This document shows, one piece after another, positions 57,357 through 64,000 of a stretch of DNA of 64,000 nucleotides (the stretch's first letter is position 1; the number at the start of each line of letters is the position of its first letter). Origin of the DNA: Candidatus Krumholzibacteriota bacterium (GTDB lineage Bacteria; Krumholzibacteriota; Krumholzibacteriia; JAJRXK01); contig JAJDAC010000022.1 of NCBI GenBank assembly GCA_029262065.1, positions 251,982-315,981 on the forward strand. Reading direction: 5' to 3'. A program made the position numbers and the translations under genes. The notes under the pieces are model-generated. The model saw only the letters and a list, made by a program, of their open reading frames with translations, was not told where the DNA came from and did not search any database.

Positions 57357-58934
57357 CTACTCGCTGAACATGGGACCGATTCGCTCGGTCGCAACCGCCA
57401 CGTGGGTGAAGAACACGTGCTGGTTCTTCGGCCACATGCGAGCGCCACCGTGGTACAGGTTCATCCAGAACTTCTCGATGTAGCTGGGAACGTCCGACAG
57501 ACGTACGTAGCGCGAGTAGGCCAACTCGCCGTCGATCCAACCCTCGACCCAACCGTGTACTTCGTCGGTGTCCATCTTGACGTGGGTTTCCAGGCAGTAC
57601 CAACGACCCGGCTCCAGCATGTGGCTGTCGCCATTCTGGTCCCAATGGTCATGGTCTCCCCAGGTCGTGGCCTGGTCCTGGGAATACAGGTACGTACCTA
57701 CCGGAACGCGACCCTGGTCGTCATCGCGACCCAGATCGCCACGGGCCGACCAACACTTGTCACCGTTGCCCGGCGTACGTCCTCCCCAGGCACATTCATC
57801 GAACGTGCTGGAGAAACCAGGAAACTTGCCGACGTCGTTCATGTCGAACCCGGGCTCGAACATGGCGTAGAAGCGCGCGTACATCTCCATCTGCTGGCCG
57901 TCGAAGCGCTTGTAAAAGTCCATACCGCCATTCGAGTTCGTCCGGCAGGGCGCGCGCAGCGCTTTTCCGAAATACTGATCGTCGACCTGCACCAGGTCGA
58001 ACTTGTCAGCACCACGCCACTTGTCGCGCCAATTGGACTGCTCAAAGTCTTCAAACAATACGATGCGGGGGTCGGACCCCAGGCCTACGTCATTGGGGTA
58101 GGCCGACGCGAAGCCGTCGCCCGAACCGGGCGCGGGCGGCGGAGGAGGAGGCGGCGGAGCCATTCCCTCCTGCACGTACAAGGTGAACGCTGCGGTCGAT
58201 TGCAAACCAGGCTCTCCGTCGTCGGTCACGCGAAGCAGAATGGAATACACGCCCAGGGCGAATTCCACATCGGTCGTTTCGCCACGCCCGATGAGCGTGG
58301 GAATGCCCGATTGGTCGAACCACTCCCAGGAAACGATGGAACCGTCGGGGTCGGTCGAAGTCGATCCGTCCAATGTGACCGTGACGAAGCCATCTTCGTC
58401 ATCATCGCTGACCACGCTCTCCGTACGGCTGGCGTTGGCCACCGGGCTACCCGCAGCGGGCGAAGAATTGGAATTGATGATATTCAACGTAACTTCGTGA
58501 CTGGCGCCGGGGCGGCCGGCGAGACTCGCGCCGGGGTAGGCCAGAACTTCGATGGTCACTGCCCCCATGGGCGGCGTCCACTCGAAGTAGTCACCGCCGT
58601 AGTCGCCAGCGATCGAGAACGGCGCCGCGTTTTCCACCTGACGGCGGGTGCCATTGACCTGAAACTCCACACTGGCCGTTCCGTCGGTCACGTTGGCCCA
58701 CATGGTCACGGGGGGCATGGTCGCCAGGTCGAGCGTCGCGCCATTGGGAATGGGGTCGAACCCTGGAATGGGAATTCCGATGCGTGAATCGATCAGCGTC
58801 AGGCTCTCAACGACCGGTGTCTCGCCTGTGGGATCGGGATCCGGATTCGGATTCGTACCACCCTCGGGCCCGGGTTGTTCGGGCACGCCCGCGATCTCGC
58901 AGCCGGACACGGCGAGCGAAAGCAGGAGCGTCAT
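57357..58934 (-). CDS. Paralog A: lipoprotein with beta-sandwich domain, PKD domain, poly-Pro linker and conserved C-terminal ~300-aa domain of unknown function
   Basis: Lipobox LAVSGC; the start is uncertain between 58934 and 59180. PKD block (VTLDGSTSTDPDGSIVSWEWFD..GVYSILLRVTDDGEP). A PPPPPPPPAP linker. The C-terminal domain carries the motifs VLFEDF..W..KWRGADK, GKFPGFSSTFDECAWGGRTPG, CWSARGDLG, TTWGDHDHWDQNGDSH, EGWIDGELAY, WMNLYHGG. Confidence 0.5.
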   Translation of the reverse strand: MTLLLSLAVSGCEIAGVPEQPGPEGGTNPNPDPDPTGETPVVESLTLIDSRIGIPIPGFDPIPNGATLDLATMPPVTMWANVTDGTASVEFQVNGTRRQVENAAPFSIAGDYGGDYFEWTPPMGAVTIEVLAYPGASLAGRPGASHEVTLNIINSNSSPAAGSPVANASRTESVVSDDDEDGFVTVTLDGSTSTDPDGSIVSWEWFDQSGIPTLIGRGETTDVEFALGVYSILLRVTDDGEPGLQSTAAFTLYVQEGMAPPPPPPPPAPGSGDGFASAYPNDVGLGSDPRIVLFEDFEQSNWRDKWRGADKFDLVQVDDQYFGKALRAPCRTNSNGGMDFYKRFDGQQMEMYARFYAMFEPGFDMNDVGKFPGFSSTFDECAWGGRTPGNGDKCWSARGDLGRDDDQGRVPVGTYLYSQDQATTWGDHDHWDQNGDSHMLEPGRWYCLETHVKMDTDEVHGWVEGWIDGELAYSRYVRLSDVPSYIEKFWMNLYHGGARMWPKNQHVFFTHVAVATERIGPMFSE

Positions 58935-59412
58935 GGCGAGGACGCAACGCGAAACACGAGCCGCGCGTTGTATTCTGAATTGCGATCCGCGAAAAATTAC
59001 CACGGTGGAAGAAACCTCTGGGAACGGGGACGAACTTGCCGCCCTAAATAGGCGGGTCCGACCTGGGATCATTACAAGTTGTGCGCCAAGGGGCCCACAG
59101 GTACACGAGCGAGGGGGCGAGAGCTTCCCTCTGGCGTGGAGCGATTCTTTGTCGTGTGGGGACCCCCTTGCTAATGCCATACCGTGGAGATGTCAACCGG
59201 CCAGGACCCCATCGTGGCGACACCTGTCGCAAGTGTTTCGAAAACGACCGCGTAACGCGTAAATCGGGCAACGAGTTGAACGAATTGGGTGATCCGCGCC
59301 AGGCAGCGACCGAATGAAGCCGCCGGGCCCGCGCAAGGAATGCGTGGGCCCGGGAATCGGCCCCGGTCCGCGGCGATGCGGCCCGGGGCAAAACCCTACA
59401 TATGGACTGAGA

Positions 59413-61389
59413 TCAGGGGGTAGCCGATCCGGCCCGGGGCCCGATACGCTCGGTCGCAATGACCACATTGGCGAAAAATACGTGCTGGTTCCTGGGCCAC
59501 ATGCGCACGCCGCCGTGGTAGAGGTTCATCCAGAACTTCTCCACGTAGGTCGGGGCATCCGAGAGCTGCACATACCGGGAGTACGCCAGCTCACCGTCGA
59601 TCCAGCCCTCCACCCAACCATGGCGACGGTCCGTATCCACCTTCACATGCGTCTCCAGACAGTACCAACGGCCTGGTTCGAGCCGGTGACTGTCACCGTT
59701 TTCGTCCCAGTGATCGTGGTCGCCCCAAGTAGTCGCCTGATCCTGTGAATACAGATAGGTACCCACGGGGACCCGCCCCTCGCTGTCCTCGCGGCCCAGG
59801 TCGCCACGCGCGGACCAACAGCGGTCGCCCGAGCCGGGCGTACGCCCTCCCCAACCGCACTCGTCGAACGTGCTGGAGAAACCCGGAAACTTGCCCACGT
59901 CGCTCATGTCGAACCCCGGTTCGAACATGGCGTAGAACCGTGCATACATTTCACTGGGCTCGTCATCGAACCGCTTGTAGAAATCCATTCCACCGTTGGA
60001 GTTCGTACGGCACGGAGCCCTCAACACGGTTCCGAAGTACGGGTCGGCGACCTGAACCAGGTCGTACTTATCGGCCCCTCTCCATTTGTTTCGCCAGTCC
60101 CCCTGCGCGAAATCCTCGAACAGGATTACCCGTGGGTCTCCCCCGATTCCCGCGTCACTGGGATAGTTCCCCGCGAATCCCTGGCCCGATCCGGGGGGCG
60201 GAGGTGGGGGCGGCGACGGCGCGGAATCCACGACGACTGTGAAGTCGGTGGACGCCGACAGAGACGGTTCTCCGTCGTCAGACACCGTCAGCGTGAACGC
60301 GTGCGAACCCACGGCCAACGAAACGTCGATACGTTCACCCTGGCCAAGACTCGCATCGCCATTGGTTCGATCGAACCACTCCCACCGCAGAATCTGACCA
60401 TCGGGGTCGACCGAAGCGGACCCGTCGAGCGTCACGACTTCGAGGCCGTCATCATCGAGATCGGCAACTTGCGTCAACGTGGCACCGGCATCGGCTACCG
60501 GCGGCTGCGGCTGCCCTGGCTCTTCTTCGGTTGATTCAACGGTCTTGATATCGACCGTCAGCCCGACCCCAGGTCGCTGAGAACCGTCATCGATCGAATA
60601 CGGAATGGCCTCCAACGCTAGGTTGCCCACGGGGGCTACCCACGGGAAGTAGTCGCCGTCGCGATCTCCCGCCAACGCGTAGGGCGACTTGCTCTCGTTG
60701 CGAACGTGGTCACCGTTCACTTTGAACGACACCCTCGAAGCCGCACCATCAACGTTGGCCCGAACATTCAGCCGCGCCGGAAGCGCCGAGAGATTCAGCA
60801 CCGCGCCAGGAACGAGCGGATCGTGCCCACTCACGGGCTGATCGTTGTCGGCGTTGATCAACGTGAGGCTGGTGACACGAGGCCCCGATGGAGAAGGAGG
60901 CGTGTCGGGCGGCAACTCCGAGTCGCAATCGCCCGCGTCCTCTGGACAGGGATCGACACAAGCGCCGATCGCCACCAACACCTGGAAGATCTTCAGATCC
61001 TCGATATCGACCGTACCGTCCGAATTGAGATCGGCACGGCGCTCGTAGCGATCCATTGCGTTTTCCAGGATCAGGCCATCGAGTTCGTCGACGCAGCCTG
61101 ATCCATCCAGATCCCCATATACGGTGCCGCACATTCCGTCACCGTCCTGGTCGCCCCCCTGTTCGGCCGGACAAGCATCTCGACGGTCAACGACACCGTC
61201 TCCGTCGTAATCCTGGGTGTCCGAGAGCAAAGGCAGCTCTTCGTCTGGCGCGACATCGTTGGACTCGCACCCTCCCGTCATCAACAACCCAATGAGCATC
61301 AGGACTGAGACCCGATCCCATGGAGCGAAATTCGCACCCCGCCTGGGTGGTGTTGCAATCAGTTTTGGTAGTCGGCGATAGAAATTCAC
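59413..61389 (-). CDS. Paralog B: lipoprotein with Ca-binding TSP3/dockerin-like repeats, beta-sandwich domain, PKD domain and the conserved C-terminal domain
   Basis: Lipobox LMTGGC. D-x-D-x-DG repeats (DYDGDGVVDRRD, DQDGDGM, DLNSDGTVDIEDLKIF). PKD (VVTLDGSASVDPDGQILRWEWFD). A PPPPPPP linker. The C-terminal domain is about 80% identical to paralog A. Confidence 0.5.
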   Translation of the reverse strand: MNFYRRLPKLIATPPRRGANFAPWDRVSVLMLIGLLMTGGCESNDVAPDEELPLLSDTQDYDGDGVVDRRDACPAEQGGDQDGDGMCGTVYGDLDGSGCVDELDGLILENAMDRYERRADLNSDGTVDIEDLKIFQVLVAIGACVDPCPEDAGDCDSELPPDTPPSPSGPRVTSLTLINADNDQPVSGHDPLVPGAVLNLSALPARLNVRANVDGAASRVSFKVNGDHVRNESKSPYALAGDRDGDYFPWVAPVGNLALEAIPYSIDDGSQRPGVGLTVDIKTVESTEEEPGQPQPPVADAGATLTQVADLDDDGLEVVTLDGSASVDPDGQILRWEWFDRTNGDASLGQGERIDVSLAVGSHAFTLTVSDDGEPSLSASTDFTVVVDSAPSPPPPPPPGSGQGFAGNYPSDAGIGGDPRVILFEDFAQGDWRNKWRGADKYDLVQVADPYFGTVLRAPCRTNSNGGMDFYKRFDDEPSEMYARFYAMFEPGFDMSDVGKFPGFSSTFDECGWGGRTPGSGDRCWSARGDLGREDSEGRVPVGTYLYSQDQATTWGDHDHWDENGDSHRLEPGRWYCLETHVKVDTDRRHGWVEGWIDGELAYSRYVQLSDAPTYVEKFWMNLYHGGVRMWPRNQHVFFANVVIATERIGPRAGSATP

Positions 61390-61622
61390 CTTTGACGAAA
61401 CCTTCGGCCACGAAGACGAACTTGGCTCCCTCCCGCGCGTTCTCAGTGGTGTTCACCATCAAGCCGTGCGCCATTGCCCACAGTCGTGGGCCAAGGTGAT
61501 TCCGATGATGTCGGACACGCCAGCAAGAGGGAAAGCCTCGTCCCCCCGGGGGCCGACCAGTACAAACCTCCGCCGTACGCCGTCGTAGTGGCCCGGAGTC
61601 CGTCAACGAGGCCCGCTTTGAT

Positions 61623-61668
61623 CGCCATATATGGCGCAGGAACTCGCCTGTAACTCTTGTAATTACAA
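61623..61668. promoter_or_regulatory. AT-rich divergent promoter region with two perfect palindromes (CGCCATATATGGCG and TTGTAATTACAA)
   Basis: Lies between paralog B (minus) and the small lipoprotein gene (plus). A 14-bp and a 12-bp perfect palindrome sit ~20 bp apart. The first contains the CCATATATGG core also found at ~34897. Confidence 0.35.
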
Positions 61669-61792
61669 TCAGTTAAAATTTCATGAATTTTGTTTGGGAG
61701 ATTGAAGCCCTGTTGCAAATGAGTCCCGTGAAGCCGCGGTGATGGCGACCAGCCGGACCGCAAACAGAACAGGACCCGAAGGAGACATCCCA

Positions 61793-62317
61793 ATGAAGAA
61801 GACGTTCCACACCGCACTGAACACTGTTGCCATGCTCGCCATGACCGCCAGCCTGAGCCTGATGACCGGCTGCAGCGAAGACGCCCCCAACAATCCCAAC
61901 GACCCGATCGTGGTCGAAGACACGTTCGACGGAACCTACGAGGGCGCGAACACCTTCTCGGTCGACCTGATCGTCGACGACTTCAATGACCCCAACACGC
62001 CCCCCGCCACGGGAACCTGCGTGGGCAACATTTCGGTAACGGTGGACGAAAATGGACTGATCGAGGTCGTGGGCAACGGCAATTGCCTCACCGCGGCCAA
62101 CGCGGCGAGCTACACGCTCGAAGGCCAGGTCGGGCAGGACGGAAACGCGCAGGGCACCATGGACATCGTGTTCAACAATCGCAGCAATGTCGTGGATTGG
62201 CAGGGAACCTTCGACGATGGCGTTCTTACCGTGGCCTTCTCGGGCCGTACCCCAGCCGTAGGTACGATCGAGATCGATTGGGACGGCGACTTCACGGCTA
62301 CGCTGGTCGAACCCTAG
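61793..62317 (+). CDS. Small lipoprotein, function unknown
   Basis: AGGAG ribosome-binding site. MKKTFHTALNTVAMLAMTASLSLMTGC lipobox. 174 aa, Asp/Gly/Thr-rich beta-type sequence. Confidence 0.5.
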   Translation: MKKTFHTALNTVAMLAMTASLSLMTGCSEDAPNNPNDPIVVEDTFDGTYEGANTFSVDLIVDDFNDPNTPPATGTCVGNISVTVDENGLIEVVGNGNCLTAANAASYTLEGQVGQDGNAQGTMDIVFNNRSNVVDWQGTFDDGVLTVAFSGRTPAVGTIEIDWDGDFTATLVEP

Positions 62318-62341
62318 AAACCGCCGGGCAGGTTGAAACAA

Positions 62342-62374
62342 ACGGGCCCCCGCATGTGGCGGGGGCCCGTTTTT
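62342..62374 (+). terminator. Rho-independent terminator (ACGGGCCCCCGC-atgt-GCGGGGGCCCGT + TTTTG)
   Basis: 12-bp GC stem followed by a T-run, directly after the stop at 62317. Confidence 0.75.
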
Positions 62375-62427
62375 GCTGGTCAACTTTGGAACGCCAGCCA
62401 GCCAAGGGCAATACTCAACAAGGCCCG

Positions 62428-63996
62428 CTACAGGGAGCCCCCACCGGTGCGGTGCATGGGCCCGATTCGCTCGGTGGCGACAACCACGTTGGCGAAGAAC
62501 ACGAACTCGTCCTTGGGCCAGGTACGGCCGCCACCGTGGTACAGGTTCATCCAGAACTGCTCGATGTACGTCGGCGCATCGGCCAACTGAACTCGCCGGG
62601 TATAGGCCAGCTCACCGTCGATCCAACCTTCGAGAAGCCCATGCAATCCGTCGGCTTCCACGCGCACGTGGGTCTCGATGCAATACCATTCGCCGGGGAC
62701 GAACAGGTGACTGTCCCCGTTTTGATCCCAGTGGTCGTGATCGCCCCAGGTGGTAGCCTGGTCCTGCGAGTACAGGTACGTACCCACGGGAATCCGATCG
62801 TCGCCCTGACTGCGCCCGAGATCGCCACGTGCCGACCAACAGCGATCGCCCGCGCCGGGAGTACGGCCACCCCACCCGCATTCACCAAACGTGGCCGAAA
62901 AACCAGGAAACTTGCCCACATCGTTCATCTCGAAGCCTTCTTCGAAACGAGCGTAGTAGCGCGCGTACATTTCCATGGGTTGACCATCGAAACGCTTCAC
63001 GAAGTCCATCGCGCCATTGGTCGCGTCGTCGCACGGGGCCCGCAGCACAGTGCCGAACTCGGCGGACGGAACGCGCACCAGATCGTACTTGTCCGCACCA
63101 CGCCATTGGTCGCGCCACGACTCCTGCGAGAAGTCCTCGAACAGCACCACGCGCCCGTCGCTTTCGATCCCTACGTCATTGGGATATTGCGACGCGAAGC
63201 CCTCTGAGTCGGACCCCGGTTCCGGATTCGGCGTTATCACGAAGAACCCGAACTCCTGGTCGTTCGTCATACCCGCCCGGCTGTCGTCGGTGACCCGTAG
63301 CAGCACGGAATGGACTCCCGTGTCAAACGAACGACTCAGCGTCGAGCCCGATCCCAGGTAGTTGGGAATGGCCGACCGCGATGTGTCATACCAATCCCAG
63401 CCTATGATAGTGCCATCGAGATCGTAGGATTGGGTTCCTACCAGCGCCAGCGTCGCAATACCGTCGCGGTCGTCATCGATCACGAGGCGCTGAGTGCCGT
63501 GCGCATCGGCTACTGGCGGCAGGCTCAACAGCCCCTCGCCGCTTTCGACCACCACGAAATTCACGGTATACGGAGCACTCGATTGTTCAACGGTATCGTC
63601 TTTTCCGAATGCGGTTACCGTCAATATGGTCCGGCCCATGGGAGGCAACCACGGAAGATATTCGCCGTCTTCATAGCCCGCGATCGCGAACGGACGGGTA
63701 TCGCGCAAGCTCGACTGTTTGTCATCCAGTTCGAAACGTACGCTCCTGGTCGTGCTGCTCGCATTGGCCCGCAACGTAACGCGTCGATGTTCGGCTACAT
63801 TGAGCACAGCGTCACGCGGCAGCGGGTCGAACCCCTCGACGGGTTCGCCGGTTCGGGTATCGACAAGACTCAGGCTCGTGATCGCCACGGGATCACAGGC
63901 GCCATCCACGCACGGATCCTCTTCCACCGAGGCCGGCCGCTGCGCGATTTCGCAACCCGCGGTGACGACGAGACAAAGCAGGATCCAGGTTCGCAA
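62428..63996 (-). CDS. Paralog C: lipoprotein with beta-sandwich domain, PKD domain and the conserved C-terminal domain
   Basis: Lipobox LVVTAGC. PKD (GTIIGWDWYD..GVHSVLLRVTDDS). The C-terminal domain has the same invariant motifs (CWSARGDLG, TTWGDHDHWDQNGDSH, WMNLYHGG). Confidence 0.5.
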   Translation of the reverse strand: MRTWILLCLVVTAGCEIAQRPASVEEDPCVDGACDPVAITSLSLVDTRTGEPVEGFDPLPRDAVLNVAEHRRVTLRANASSTTRSVRFELDDKQSSLRDTRPFAIAGYEDGEYLPWLPPMGRTILTVTAFGKDDTVEQSSAPYTVNFVVVESGEGLLSLPPVADAHGTQRLVIDDDRDGIATLALVGTQSYDLDGTIIGWDWYDTSRSAIPNYLGSGSTLSRSFDTGVHSVLLRVTDDSRAGMTNDQEFGFFVITPNPEPGSDSEGFASQYPNDVGIESDGRVVLFEDFSQESWRDQWRGADKYDLVRVPSAEFGTVLRAPCDDATNGAMDFVKRFDGQPMEMYARYYARFEEGFEMNDVGKFPGFSATFGECGWGGRTPGAGDRCWSARGDLGRSQGDDRIPVGTYLYSQDQATTWGDHDHWDQNGDSHLFVPGEWYCIETHVRVEADGLHGLLEGWIDGELAYTRRVQLADAPTYIEQFWMNLYHGGGRTWPKDEFVFFANVVVATERIGPMHRTGGGSL

Positions 63997-64000
63997 CGGA

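Noticed and set aside
57268-57483. Short plus-strand ORFs (57268-57483, 62333-62590) with similar translations (..VATATWVKNTCWFFGHMRAPPWYRFIQNFSM).
   Set aside because: They are the antisense image of the duplicated 3' ends of the paralogous lipoprotein genes, so the similarity reflects the DNA repeat and not a conserved small protein.
61389-61620. Possible structured RNA or riboswitch in the ~230-nt GC-rich leader upstream of paralog B.
   Set aside because: No recognisable riboswitch consensus or conserved stem pattern can be identified by eye. It would need covariance-model searches.

Overview
This is a 64 kb window of high-GC (about 65%) bacterial DNA that is almost entirely coding. It carries no rRNA, tRNA, CRISPR array, transposase or integrase. 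Three exported proteins end in C-terminal sorting domains of the type IX secretion system (T9SS) type-A / FlgD-Ig-like kind (31672-32634, 32762-34840, 39836-43327), and many other products are secreted proteins or lipoproteins. Together with the GC content this suggests a Gemmatimonadota-like member, or a candidate phylum, of the FCB (Fibrobacteres-Chlorobi-Bacteroidetes) superphylum; this is inference. Recognisable content is as follows. (1) 1-8.7 kb: a periplasmic substrate-binding lipoprotein paired with a HAMP-GGDEF-EAL sensor; a membrane-bound O-acyltransferase (MBOAT) of the AlgI/DltB type paired with an AlgJ/DltD-like SGNH O-acylation protein; an aldo/keto reductase. (2) 8.7-19 kb: a TPR-CHAT protease; a sulfatase-like alkaline-phosphatase-superfamily enzyme fused to TPRs; kbl; a winged-helix regulator; a secreted two-DTG retropepsin-like aspartic protease; an M28 peptidase; a CsgG/LpoB-like lipoprotein. 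(3) 19-28 kb: a large metzincin-like zinc protease; a translationally coupled flippase-like protein plus TMTC/PMT-like GT39-TPR glycosyltransferase pair; a sortilin/VPS10-like BNR protein. (4) 28-43 kb: secreted cargo with PPC, PKD, Kelch and metzincin domains; prfC and dcp in between. (5) 43.5-54.5 kb: an 11-gene minus-strand locus for an ABC-transporter-dependent polysaccharide built on a CDP-sugar (rfbF, RfbC-like epimerase, sugar C-methyltransferase, SDR, class-III aminotransferase, DUF4910, PIG-L deacetylase, two GT2, wzm, wzt). (6) 54.7-64 kb: a second, apparently catalytically dead TPR-CHAT paralog, followed by three recently duplicated lipoprotein genes whose products share a conserved ~300-aa C-terminal domain I cannot place in any family. 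Non-coding structure includes several clean intrinsic terminators, two families of short hairpin-forming repeats, and AT-rich palindromic promoter islands; the decamer CCATATATGG occurs twice.
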